Below are positions 13,739 to 27,600 of a stretch of 64,000 nt of DNA, piece by piece. Under the pieces are notes generated by a model, which was not told where the DNA came from, ran no database searches, and was given only the letters and a program-made list of their open reading frames with translations. This DNA comes from Eledone cirrhosa (taxonomy: Eukaryota), in NCBI GenBank assembly GCA_964016885.1, contig OZ024740.1, positions 125,488,001 through 125,552,000 on the forward strand. The letters are read 5' to 3'. Within the stretch, counting starts at the first letter, position 1, and every line of letters starts with the position of its first letter. The translations under genes and the position numbers were made by a program.

Positions 13739-13892
13739 ATGTATGTATATATATTATTCTACTGTAAATTTATTTATATGCTTTGTATATATTATATATA
13801 CACAAATAACGAATCTGTATATTAAAACATCTTTGTATTATTCAATCAGTTTATTGAACTACTAGAATGCTCATGGTCAAGTACTTTATACA
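13455..13892. repeat. Local direct duplication separated by (TA)n
   Basis: tattctactgtaaatt...atggtcaagtactttatacac occurs at ~13455-13660 and ~13753-13892. Confidence 0.88.
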
Positions 13893-13978
13893 CACATATA
13901 TACATACATATATATATATATATATATATCTATATATATATATATGTATGTATGTATGAATCTATATATATGTATATA

Positions 13979-15584
<1,606 letters not shown>

Positions 15585-15790
15585 TATATGTATGTATATC
15601 TATATATATGTGTGTGTGTGTGTATGTATATAGGTGTGTATGTATATATATGTGTGTATGCATATGTGTGTGTATGTATATATATGTGTGTGTGTATGCA
15701 TATATGTGTGTATGTATATATATATGTGTGTGTATGCATATATGTGTGTGTGTATGTATATATATATGTGTGTATGTATATATATATATG
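15585..15790. repeat. (TA)/(TG)/(TATG) compound microsatellite
   Basis: Direct inspection. Confidence 0.95.
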
Positions 15791-15940
15791 AAGATAAATT
15801 AACGGAGCCATAGAGTCGCGTTATTCCCTGTAAATTATGTGCTCAAAGGGAAAGGAATCCTATACATATTGTATATGTATATATATATATGCATGTATGT
15901 GTGTATTTGTATATATGTATATGTGTGTATGTATGTATAT

Positions 15941-16935
15941 TATCATCATCGTTTAACGTCCATCTTCCACGCTTGCATGGGTTTGGACGGGAGTTTCCCC
16001 CCTTGAGGCAAGAGTGGTTGTCTTGCTCGCATAGGACTGTCTGGCGGGTTTTCTACGGCTGGATGCCCTTCCTCACACCAACCACGTTTACAGTGTGGAC
16101 TGGGAGGTTTTTACCGTGTTACATACACGGCAACATTACAGCGTGGACTGTGTTTTTTTTTGTCGTGACACCTACACGACCTCATTTGTTTCGGCCTGGA
16201 TGTTGTGGTACCAACATAACTTTACATTGAAAGGGGTGGTGTGGATGAGGTGGGATAGTGGGTGTATTTTTGTTAGATGTGCCTACTGACTGTGGTAGTT
16301 TTCACTTTGTACTTAGGTAAGGCGGGTCTTCTCTATTACTGTGTAGCGCCAAAGATCTCGGTCCAGTGACATTGTCTTGGAGAGGTGTAAATGTGTGAGG
16401 TCGGAATTTATCCAGTCGTCCCAGGTTTTTCTGGGTTTGCCTACTCCGTGGCTACCGTCTATTTTTATCGCCCTGCACTTTGTTATACAGCTGTCGTCTT
16501 TCATGCGCATCACGTGTCCATACCAACGTAGCCTTCTCTCGAGTAAACAACATCTGATCCCTCTTATTTCTAATTTTTTCCTTAGTTCGTTTATGCTTTG
16601 CCGTTCACGTATATTAATATTACACATCCAGCGGAGCATGCAAGCTTGGTTCCTCTCTAGTCTGCGTATATCCTCTGCACACAATGCCCAGGTCTCACTG
16701 CCATGCAACATTGCTGTTCGTATGCAGGCATCATACAACCTGCCTTTCATTTTTAGGGAGAACCCTTTAGCGGCTAATAGTGGTATAAGCTCTCTGAACT
16801 TTTTCTATCCAGTTCCGACTCTAGCTACTGAACTTTCGGAGCACCCTCCCCCACTGCTGACTTTGTCACCCAGGTAACGGAAGCTGTCCACTATTTCTAT
16901 AGAACCATCTGTGCAATGGAATGAGCTAGTATTCT
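15941..16935 (-). mobile_element. 5'-truncated RTE LINE (PHD family)
   Basis: ORF 16313..16750 matches the RT thumb/C-terminus. 3' UTR and (GAT)n tail present. Microsatellite on both sides. Confidence 0.93.
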
Positions 16936-17075
16936 ATGTGTGTATGTATGTATGAATCTATATATATATGTATAGACATGGTGGCTGCCAACTGGTTTTC
17001 GAGTACGGCCACTACTTTATATCCATGTATATGTATGTATGTATGTATATGTATGTATATGTATGTATATGTATG

Positions 17076-18775
17076 TTATCTCTTTCTCTTAATTTCGAGT
17101 ATATTTTTTTTTAACCGGCCACCTTCCTGGTGGCAAGGTTGTAAAAGAAAAGAAATTGTCATCCCTTGAATCGCAAGAATGTTTTGCAAATTTTGAAGGT
17201 GCCAGCTATCGCAGCCATTTGTAGACTATGAATTAGGGAGCTGCGCTTTTTGCCCGCAAATCCAAGTTCAGTCATACTTTGGTCCAAGCCGGTTGGTATA
17301 TGACCCGTAGCTCCAATAATGATGGGTATGAAGCTAAAGGTGTATCTTGGATACTGGATTTGTAAACTCTTCATCAATGGTCTGTAGATGTCCTTCTCCT
17401 GTATTTTTCTGACAACGTTTACATCATGTGGGCAGCTGATCTCCACAACAGAACACGTTTTCAATGTGTGATCTCAAACAACAATATCAGGCCGGTTGTG
17501 CTTTAATTTGGTGGCAGTTTTTATTTTCAGGTTCCACCAGTATTCCTTAGTGCCATCTGTCTCAATATATTCTTCCTCGTTTGTTGTTAATTTTGTTTTC
17601 CGAAGTGCGTTCCAGATGGTTCTAGCTATCCAATCGTGTCTCATGGGGAGGTAGTAGCGAGATGACATTCTTTCGCAGCTGGCAACAATGTGGCTTACAT
17701 CCTCGATCTTTGTTTTACATAGCCTACATTTATTGTCAGCTGCTGGCCCTCCTCTTTTGTGCAGCAGATATTTGGTAGGGAGTTCTTGTTCCTCTATTGC
17801 ACAGAGATATCCCTCAAGGTGTGATGTCATAAACTTGTCGGAACTCCATGCCAGGCTTTTTGAGTGGTTTATCCCCTCTATGGTCTGTGTTTTACGCCTC
17901 AAGTGTCCATGCACAACTTTTTCTGTAAATTGGTCAATTTCTTTTATCTTGTTTGACCATTGAATAGGATCTTCCGATTTCTCTGGGGGAGAGATTTATA
18001 TCAGGCTTTATTCCATATCTCTCCTCCAGATCAGTCGCTATTCTAATGATATTTTTTTTTTTCATGCTCATAAACCTGGGCAAGATGGTTGCCAACCTTT
18101 TTCCTCTGTTGAAGGTGCTGCTTCAGTGTTACTATCCGGGTCTCATATATTGTTAATATTGATTTTAGACCCCGGCCACCTTCCTTGCGTGAGAAGTATA
18201 GCCTATCCACATCACCATTGATGTTAAAGTTCCCAGTAACACTGAGAAGTTTTCGAGTTCTAACATCCATCTCACTTTGTTCTTGCAATGACCAGTTCAG
18301 CAGGCCAAATGTTGGCATTAGAATTGGCACAGCATAAGTATTGTGGGCAATGTATTTGTTGTATGCTGACAGCTCTGATGACCATATTTTCTTTACTCTT
18401 CTGAGGTATTCAGTTCTGGTTCTCTCCTTATTTATGGGTCCATCAGATCTTACATTCTCATCCTGTCCAAGATATCTGTAGTTGTCACCTGACTGCAGAG
18501 GTTGTATTGTCAGGCCGTTCATCTCTAGATTTCTAGAGGAGGGCACAGCTCTTCCACGTTTTATTGCCAAATATGCACACTTGGACTCACCAAATTTCAT
18601 TTTGATGTCGGTTGAAAATTGTGTAATGAGGTCCAATTGTTTCTTGATGTCATTGATATTTGGCCCATACAACTTCAGGTCATCAACAAAGAAAAGATGG
18701 GAGATACTTCTGGGCCCACTTCTTTGTCCACCTTGTTTCCTGAGTAGGTAAGATAGTGGATTCAGTGAGAGAAGA
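17076..18775 (-). mobile_element. 5'-truncated R4/Dong-like non-LTR retrotransposon with RLE endonuclease, disrupted
   Basis: ISHLFFVDDLKLY (RT), YRYLG, GGRGL, CRLC..HIVASC (CCHC), RHD, RPDIVV and EISCP..K (restriction-like endonuclease). Confidence 0.9.
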
Positions 18776-18864
18776 TGTATATGTATGTATGTATATGTAT
18801 ATTTATGTATATGTATGTATATATATATGTATATGTATGTATATGTATATGTATATATATGTAT

Positions 18865-21361
18865 ATCATCATCATCATCATCATCAACGTTTAACGTCCG
18901 TGTTCCACGCTTGCATGGGTTTGGACGGGGGTAGTCCCACTTGAGGCAAGAGTGATTGTCTTGCTCGCATAGGACTGTCTGGCAGGTTTTCTACAGTTGG
19001 ATGCCCTTCCTAACACCAACCACATTTACAGTGTGGGTCTGGGAGGTTTTTACCGTGTTGCCTACACGGCCACATTACAGCGTGGACTGTGTGTTTTTTT
19101 TGTCGTGACACCTACACGATCTCATTTGTTTCGGCCTGGATGGCGCGGCACCAACATAACTTTACATAGAATGGGGTGGTGTGGATGGGGTGGGGGTGGT
19201 GGGACGGGGTGTATTTTGTTAGAGATGCCTACTGGCTGGAGTAGGTTTTACTATATATTTAGGTAAGGCGGGTCTTCTCTGTTACTGAGTACCGCCAAAG
19301 GTCTCGGTCCAGTGACATTGTCTTGGAGAGGTGTAAGTGTGTGATGTCGGAGTTTATCAGCTCGTCCCAGGTTTTTCTAGGTCTGCCTATTCCGTGACTA
19401 CCGTCTATCTTTATTGCCCTGCACTTTGTTATACAGCTATCGACTTTCATGCGCATCACGTGTCCATACCAACGTAGCCTTCTCTCGAGTAAACAACATC
19501 TGATCCCTCTTATCTCTAATTTTTTCCTTAGTTCGTTTATGCTTTGCCGTTCACGTATATTACTGTTACACATCCAGCGGAGCATGCAAGCTTCGTTCCT
19601 CTCTAGTCTGCATATATCCTCTGCACACAATGCCCAGGTCTCACTGCCATGCAACATTGCTGTTCGTATGCAGGCATCGTACAACCTGCCTTTCATTTTT
19701 AGGGAGAACCCTTTAGCAGCTAATAGTGGTATAAGCTCTCTGAACTTTTTCCAACCAGTTCTGACTCTAGCTACAGTACTTTCAGAGCACCCTCCCCCAC
19801 TGCTGATTTTATCGCCCAGGTAACGGAAGCTGTCCACTATTTCTATAGAACCCTCTGCGCAATTGAAAGAACTAGTATTTTGTGGGGACTTGCTGCTACT
19901 TATTGCACCAGAACACCGGCCACATGTAAAATCTATGTTCTTAGTTAGCTTACCTGTGATCCCACTACATCTTTTATGCACCCATACTTTGCATTTAGGA
20001 CATAAAATGGAGTTTCTACCTACGCCTTTCCTACACACCGAGCACGACCATTTCCCAGAAGGGACCGCCGCCTTGTTTTCTTTCCTACAAACTAGAACTT
20101 TGGTCTTAGCCAGGTTAATTTTAAGTCCTTTTGACTCTAGGCCGTGCTTCCATGTTTGGAATTTCTTCTCTAGCTCGGCCATTGATTCCGCTATGAGTGT
20201 CAGGTCGTCTGCGTATAGGAGTTCCCATGGGCAGCCTGTCTTGAACTCCTCTGTTATAGCCTGAAGGGCAATAATAAATAGTAGGGGGCTGAGAACAGAG
20301 CCCTGATGGACGCCAACTTTTACGCTAAACTCTTCACTATATTCGTTGTTAATTCTAACCTTGCTGACTGTTTCTTTATACATGGCTTGTATAGCCCTCA
20401 CAAGCCATTCGTCAACGCCTAGTTTTCTAAGAGCCCACCAGATAATGGAGCGGGGGACTCTGTCGAAGGCTTTCTCCAAGTCGACAAAAGCTAAGCAGAG
20501 GGGTTTACCTTTAGCTAGGAACTTCTCCTGTAGTTGTCGTACTATGAACAGAGCGTCTGTGGTACTTTTGCCTGACACAAACCCGAACTGCATTTCATCT
20601 AGGTCAATTTTCTCTCTGATTAGTTGCGCTATTACTTTTTCCGTGACCTTCATGACCTGGTCGATTAATTTAATGCCTCTATAGTTACTCCTATCTAGGG
20701 CGTCTCCTTTACCCTTATAACAGTTAACGATGATGCTGCTATGCCAGTCCTTCGGAACAACCCCATTCTGTACGACTTGGTTAACTATGCGAGTGACCAT
20801 GGTGTGTCCCACCGTGCCAGATGCCTTCAGCATCTCAGCAACTATTTCCGAAGGCCCAGCCGCCTTACCCGGCTTCATATCCTTGATTGCCTTACTTATT
20901 ATACTCCCCTCGACTAACACTGCTGGTCCCTCTATTGGGTCGATATGGGGGAGACTGTCTTTCTCCCATTTATTCTCCTCATTTAGTAGCCTTTCATAGT
21001 GACACTTCCAAGCTACCTTCTTATCAGTGTCGGTGATGGCAAGTATGCCATCATCGTTAAGTACACACTTCTCCCCAACAATATCACGGTTTTCCTTGAC
21101 GCATTGCCTAGCAATCCTGAACACCTCACGTTTTTGGTCATCGCGCTGTAGAACATGCTTGAACTTTCTTTCCTCAGCTTCCCTTCTTGCTAAGTACACT
21201 TCTCTCCTAGCTTCCCTCCTGGCCACTTGATAGTCTACTCTACTTCCCCCATCCCGCCATACTTTCCAAGCCTGCTTTTTGGCCTTAATTGACCCCTCCA
21301 CCTTACTGTTCCACCACCATGTTACTCTCCTCCTGCCTACAGGCCTGCTCCAGCCACAGAC
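18865..21361 (-). mobile_element. 5'-truncated RTE LINE copy A (PHD family)
   Basis: (GAT)n tail, 3' UTR and an uninterrupted RT ORF. Confidence 0.95.
19259..21301 (-). CDS. RTE ORF fragment: reverse transcriptase with an internal PHD (C4HC3) finger; endonuclease lost by truncation
   Basis: 680 aa open. [33 protein letters not shown], CxxC-x10-CxxC-x4-HxxC-x14-CxxC, FRYLG. Confidence 0.93.
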   Translation of the reverse strand: MEGSIKAKKQAWKVWRDGGSRVDYQVARREARREVYLARREAEERKFKHVLQRDDQKREVFRIARQCVKENRDIVGEKCVLNDDGILAITDTDKKVAWKCHYERLLNEENKWEKDSLPHIDPIEGPAVLVEGSIISKAIKDMKPGKAAGPSEIVAEMLKASGTVGHTMVTRIVNQVVQNGVVPKDWHSSIIVNCYKGKGDALDRSNYRGIKLIDQVMKVTEKVIAQLIREKIDLDEMQFGFVSGKSTTDALFIVRQLQEKFLAKGKPLCLAFVDLEKAFDRVPRSIIWWALRKLGVDEWLVRAIQAMYKETVSKVRINNEYSEEFSVKVGVHQGSVLSPLLFIIALQAITEEFKTGCPWELLYADDLTLIAESMAELEKKFQTWKHGLESKGLKINLAKTKVLVCRKENKAAVPSGKWSCSVCRKGVGRNSILCPKCKVWVHKRCSGITGKLTKNIDFTCGRCSGAISSSKSPQNTSSFNCAEGSIEIVDSFRYLGDKISSGGGCSESTVARVRTGWKKFRELIPLLAAKGFSLKMKGRLYDACIRTAMLHGSETWALCAEDICRLERNEACMLRWMCNSNIRERQSINELRKKLEIRGIRCCLLERRLRWYGHVMRMKVDSCITKCRAIKIDGSHGIGRPRKTWDELINSDITHLHLSKTMSLDRDLWRYSVTEKTRLT

Positions 21362-21698
21362 TATATGTATGTATATATATATGTATATGTATGTATGTAT
21401 GTATATGTGTATTTGTATGTATGTATATGTGTATATGTATGTATGTATATGTGTATTTGTATGTATGTATATGTGTATATGTATGTATATATATGTGTAT
21501 ATGTGTATATATATGTATGTGTATGTATATATATGTGTATGTATATATATGTGTATGTATATATGTGTATATGTATGTATATATATATGTGTGTGTATGT
21601 ATATATATATGTGTGTGTATGTATATATATATATATATATGTATATGTATGTATGTGTATATATTATGTATATATATGTATATATATGTATATATATG
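21362..21698. repeat. (TATG/TA/TG) microsatellite, duplicated at 24273-24609
   Basis: Direct inspection. ORF translations are identical at a +2911 offset. Confidence 0.95.
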
Positions 21699-24272
21699 TC
21701 ATCATCATCACCGTTTTATGTCCGTTCTTCCATGCTAGCATGGGTTAGACGGGTTGTCCTGTTGTGGGCAGTGTCTGGTCAACTGACCATGCCTTGCTCA
21801 TACAGGAACTGATTTTGGCTTGATTTCTACAGCTGGATGCCCTTCCTAACACCAACCTCATTTACAGTGAGTGCTGGGTGCTTTTTTCCATGGCGCCTAC
21901 ACGTCCACTTTACAGTGTGGGCTGGGTGCTTTTTTGCCGTGGCATCCCCACGACCACTTTGCAGTGTGAGGGCATATTGTCTACATTACAGTGTGGACTG
22001 TGTGTTTTTTTGTCGTGACACCTACACAACCTCATTTATTTCGGCCTGGATGTTGTGGTACCAACATAACTTTACATTGAAAGGGGTGGTGTGGATGAGG
22101 TGGGGGTAGTGGGACGGGGGTGTATTTTTGTTAGAGGTGCCTACTGACTGTGGTAGGTTTCGCTTTGTACTTAGGTAAGGCGGGTCTTCTCTATTACTGT
22201 GTTGCGCCAAAGATCTCGGTCCAGTGACATTATCTTGAAGAGGTGTAAGTGTGTGAGGTCGGAATTTATCAAGTCGTCCCAGGTTTTTCTGGGTTTGCCT
22301 ACTCCGTGGCTACCGTCTATTTTTATCGTCCTGCACTTCTTATACAGCTGTCGTCTTTCATGCGCATCACGTGACCGTACCAACGTAGTCTTCACTCGAG
22401 TAAACAGCATCTAATCCCTCTTATTTCTAATTTTTCCCTTAGTTCGTTTATGCTTTGCCGTTCACGTATATTACTATTACACATCCAGCGGAGCATGCAA
22501 GCTTCGTTCCTCTCCAGTCTGCGTATATCCTCTGCACACAATGCCCAGGTCTCACTGCCATGTAACATTGCTGTTCGTATGCAGGCATCATACAGCCTGC
22601 CTTTCATTTTTAGAGAGAACCCTTTAGCGGCTAATAGTGGTATAAGCTCTCTGAACTTTTTCTATCCAGTTCTGACTCTAGCTGCTGTACTTTCAGAGCA
22701 CCCTCCACCACTGCTGATTTTGTCATCCATGTAACGGAAGGTGTCCACTATTTCTATAGAACCATCTGAGCAATGGAATGAGCTAGTATTCTGTGGGCAC
22801 TTGCTGCTACTTTTTGCACCAGAGCACAGGCCACATATGAAATCTATATTCTTAGTTAGCTTACCTGTGATCCCACTACATCTTTTATGCACCCATACTT
22901 TGCATTTGGGACATAAAATGGAGTTTCTACCTACGCCTTTCCTACACACCGAGCACGACCATTTCCCAGAAGGGACCGCCGCCTTGTTTTCTTTCCTACA
23001 AACTAGAACTTTGGTCTTAGCCAGGTTAATTTTAAGTCCTTTTGACTCTAGGCCGTGCTTCCATGTTTGGAATTTCTTCTCTAGCTCGGCCATTGATTCC
23101 GCTATGAGTGTCAGGTCGTCTGCGTATAGGAGTTCCCATGGGCAGCCTGTCTTGAACTCCTCTGTTATAGCCTGAAGGGCAATAATAAATAGTAGGGGGC
23201 TGAGAACAGAGCCCTGATGGACGCCAACTTTTACGCTAAACTCTTCACTATATTCGTTGTTAATTCTAACCTTGCTGACTGTTTCTTTATACATGGCTTG
23301 TATAGCCCTCACAAGCCATTCGTCAACGCCTAGTTTTCTAAGAGCCCACCAGATAATGGAGCGGGGGACTCTGTCGAAGGCTTTCTCCAAGTCGACAAAA
23401 GCTAAGCAGAGGGGTTTACCTTTAGCTAGGAACTTCTCCTGTAGTTGTCGTACTATGAACAGAGCGTCTGTGGTACTTTTGCCTGACACAAACCCGAACT
23501 GCATTTCATCTAGGTCAATTTTCTCTCTGATTAGTTGCGCTATTACTTTTTCCGTGACCTTCATGACCTGGTCGATTAATTTAATGCCTCTATAGTTACT
23601 CCTATCTAGGGCGTCTCCTTTACCCTTATAACAGTTAACGATGATGCTGCTATGCCAGTCCTTCGGAACAACCCCATTCTGTACGACTTGGTTAACTATG
23701 CGAGTGACCATGGTGTGTCCCACCGTGCCAGATGCCTTCAGCATCTCAGCAACTATTTCCGAAGGCCCAGCCGCCTTACCCGGCTTCATATCCTTGATTG
23801 CCTTACTTATTATACTCCCCTCGACTAACACTGCTGGTCCCTCTATTGGGTCGATATGGGGGAGACTGTCTTTCTCCCATTTATTCTCCTCATTTAGTAG
23901 CCTTTCATAGTGACACTTCCAAGCTACCTTCTTATCAGTGTCGGTGATGGCAAGTATGCCATCATCGTTAAGTACACACTTCTCCCCAACAATATCACGG
24001 TTTTCCTTGACGCATTGCCTAGCAATCCTGAACACCTCACGTTTTTGGTCATCGCGCTGTAGAACATGCTTGAACTTTCTTTCCTCAGCTTCCCTTCTTG
24101 CTAAGTACACTTCTCTCCTAGCTTCCCTCCTGGCCACTTGATAGTCTACTCTACTTCCCCCATCCCGCCATACTTTCCAAGCCTGCTTTTTGGCCTTAAT
24201 TGACCCCTCCACCTTACTGTTCCACCACCATGTTACTCTCCTCCTGCCTACAGGCCTGCTCCAGCCACAGAC
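21699..24272 (-). mobile_element. RTE LINE copy B, chimera of copies C (3' part) and A (5' part)
   Basis: Diagnostic bases switch from C-type to A-type between 22909 and 22928. 516-aa ORF at 22662..24212. Confidence 0.92.
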
Positions 24273-24609
24273 TATATGTATGTATATATATATGTATATG
24301 TATGTATGTATGTATATGTGTATTTGTATGTATGTATATGTGTATATGTATGTATGTATATGTGTATTTGTATGTATGTATATGTGTATATGTATGTATA
24401 TATATGTGTATATGTGTATATATATGTATGTGTATGTATATATATGTGTATGTATATATATGTGTATGTATATATGTGTATATGTATGTATATATATATG
24501 TGTGTGTATGTATATATATATGTGTGTGTATGTATATATATATATATATATGTATATGTATGTATGTGTATATATTATGTATATATATGTATATATATGT
24601 ATATATATG
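24273..24609. repeat. (TATG/TA/TG) microsatellite, duplicate of 21362-21698
   Basis: Direct inspection. Confidence 0.95.
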
Positions 24610-27600
24610 TCATCATCATCACCGTTTTATGTCCGTTCTTCCATGCTAGCATGGGTTAGACGGGTTGTCCTGTTGTGGGCAGTGTCTGGTCAACTGACCA
24701 TGCCTTGCTCATACAGGAACTGATTTTGGCTTGATTTCTACAGCTGGATGCCCTTCCTAACACCAACCTCATTTACAGTGAGTGCTGGGTGCTTTTTTCC
24801 ATGGCGCCTACACGTCCACTTTACAGTGTGGGCTGGGTGCTTTTTTGCCGTGGCATCCCCACGACCACTTTGCAGTGTGAGGGCATATTGTCTACATTAC
24901 AGTGTGGACTGTGTGTTTTTTTGTCGTGACACCTACACAACCTCATTTATTTCGGCCTGGATGTTGTGGTACCAACATAACTTTACATTGAAAGGGGTGG
25001 TGTGGATGAGGTGGGGGTAGTGGGACGGGGGTGTATTTTTGTTAGAGGTGCCTACTGACTGTGGTAGGTTTCGCTTTGTACTTAGGTAAGGCGGGTCTTC
25101 TCTATTACTGTGTTGCGCCAAAGATCTCGGTCCAGTGACATTATCTTGAAGAGGTGTAAGTGTGTGAGGTCGGAATTTATCAAGTCGTCCCAGGTTTTTC
25201 TGGGTTTGCCTACTCCGTGGCTACCGTCTATTTTTATCGTCCTGCACTTCTTATACAGCTGTCGTCTTTCATGCGCATCACGTGACCGTACCAACGTAGT
25301 CTTCTCTCGAGTAAACAGCATCTAATCCCTCTTATTTCTAATTTTTCCCTTAGTTCGTTTATGCTTTGCCGTTCACGTATATTACTATTACACATCCAGC
25401 GGAGCATGCAAGCTTCGTTCCTCTCCAGTCTGCGTATATCCTCTGCACACAATGCCCAGGTCTCACTGCCATGTAACATTGCTGTTCGTATGCAGGCATC
25501 ATACAGCCTGCCTTTCATTTTTAGAGAGAACCCTTTAGCGGCTAATAGTGGTATAAGCTCTCTGAACTTTTTCTATCCAGTTCTGACTCTAGCTGCTGTA
25601 CTTTCAGAGCACCCTCCACCACTGCTGATTTTGTCATCCATGTAACGGAAGGTGTCCACTATTTCTATAGAACCATCTGAGCAATGGAATGAGCTAGTAT
25701 TCTGTGGGCACTTGCTGCTACTTTTTGCACCAGAGCACAGGCCACATATGAAATCTATATTCTTAGTTAGCTTACCTGTGATCCCACTACATCTTTTATG
25801 CACCCATACTTTGCATTTGGGACATAAAATGGAGTTTCTGCCTACTCCTTTCCTACACACTGAGCATTGCCATTTTCCTCCAAACTAGAACTTTAGTCTT
25901 AGACAGGTTAATTTTAAGGCCTTTTGATTCTAGGCCATGCTTCCATGTTTGGAATTTCTTCTCTAGTTCAGCCATTGATTCAGCTATGAGCGTTAGATCA
26001 TCTGCGTATAGGAGTTCCCATGGGCAGCCGGTCTTGATCTCCACTGTTATAGCCTGAAGGGCAATAATAAATAGTAGGGGGCTAAGAACAGAGCCCTGAT
26101 GAACACCAACTTTTCGCTAAACTCTTCACTATATTCATTGTTAATTCTAACCTTGCTGACTGTTTCTTTATACATGGCTTGTATAGCTCTCACAAGCTAT
26201 TCATCAACACCTAGTTTTCTAAGAGCCCACCAGATAATGGAACGGGGGACTCTGTCAAAGGCTTTCTCCAAGTCAACAAAAGCTAAGTATAGGGGTTTAC
26301 TTTTAGCTCGGTACTTCTCCTGTAGATGTCGTACAATGAAAAGAGCATCTGTGGTACTTTTACCTGATACAAACCCGAACTGCATTTCATTTAGATTAAT
26401 TCGCTCTCTGATTAGTTGCGCTATTACTTTTTCTGTGACCTTCATGACCTGGTCGATTAATTTAATGCCTCTATAGTTACCCATATCTAGGGCATCTCCT
26501 TTACCCTTGTAGCAGTTAATGATGATGCTGCTATGCCAGTCCTTCGGAACAACCCCATTCTGTATGACTTGGTTTATTATCCGAGTGACCATAGTGTGTC
26601 CCACCATTCCAGATGCTTTCAGCATTTCAGCAACTATTTCCGAAGGCCCAGCCGCCTTACCCGTCTTCATATCTTTGATTGCCTTACTTATTATACTACC
26701 TTCAACTAGCACTGCTGGTCCCTCTATTGGATCGATGAGGGGGAGACTGTCTTTCTCCCATTTATTCTCCTCATTTAGTTGCCTTTCGTAGTGACACTTC
26801 AGCGTCAGTGATGGCAAGTACACCATCATCATTAAGGACACACTTGAAAATATCACGGTTTTCCTTGACACATTGCCTAGCAATCCTGAACACTTCACAT
26901 TTTTGGTCCTCGCGTTGTAGAACATGCTTGAACTTTCTTTCCTCTGCTTCCCTTCTTGCGAAGTACACTTGTCTCCCAGCTTCCCTCCTGGCCGCTTGAT
27001 AGTCTTCTCTACTTCCCCCATCTCGCCATACTTTCCAAGCCTGCTTTTTGGCCTTAATTGACTCCACCTTACTGTTCCACCACCACGTTACTCTCCTCCT
27101 GCCTATAGGCCTGCTCCAGCCGCAGACTTCATCTGTCGCCATCAGCAGGTTTGCTGTCAGGAATTCCCACTGTTCCTCTATATTGTACGACTCTAATTGC
27201 TCTTCCTTACTGTCGAAATCATCAAGTAATATGCTTTTAAATTTATTACTGGCTGTGGGGTCCTTTAGCTTCCATATTTTTCTCCTGAGGATAGTCCTCT
27301 TCTGTTGTCGAGAACGTCTCGTCCTGACTATGAGGTCGCTAATTATGAGTATATGTTGAGAGGTGCATTCTTCATGGGGGAGGGATTTAGTGTTTACAAC
27401 AGACAATCTGTCACGTCTTCTGGTAAGGATAAAATTTACCTGGCTGGTATGTTGCCTTGATCTGTAGGTGATCAAGTGATTGTCTCACTTTTTGAAGTTA
27501 GTGTTACAGATAGTTAGGTTATTTGCGTCACAGAATTCCAGGATTCTGGAGCCTTCCTCATTTCTAGTACCAAACCCATAGCCTCCATGGATTTCATCAT

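Noticed and set aside
19449-21230. Series of plus-strand ORFs
   Set aside because: Antisense shadows of the RTE RT ORF.
21279-21812. Cys/Tyr/Met/Val-rich ORFs (also near 13.4, 15.6, 24.2 and 52.2 kb)
   Set aside because: Stop-free readings of TA/TG/TATG microsatellites.
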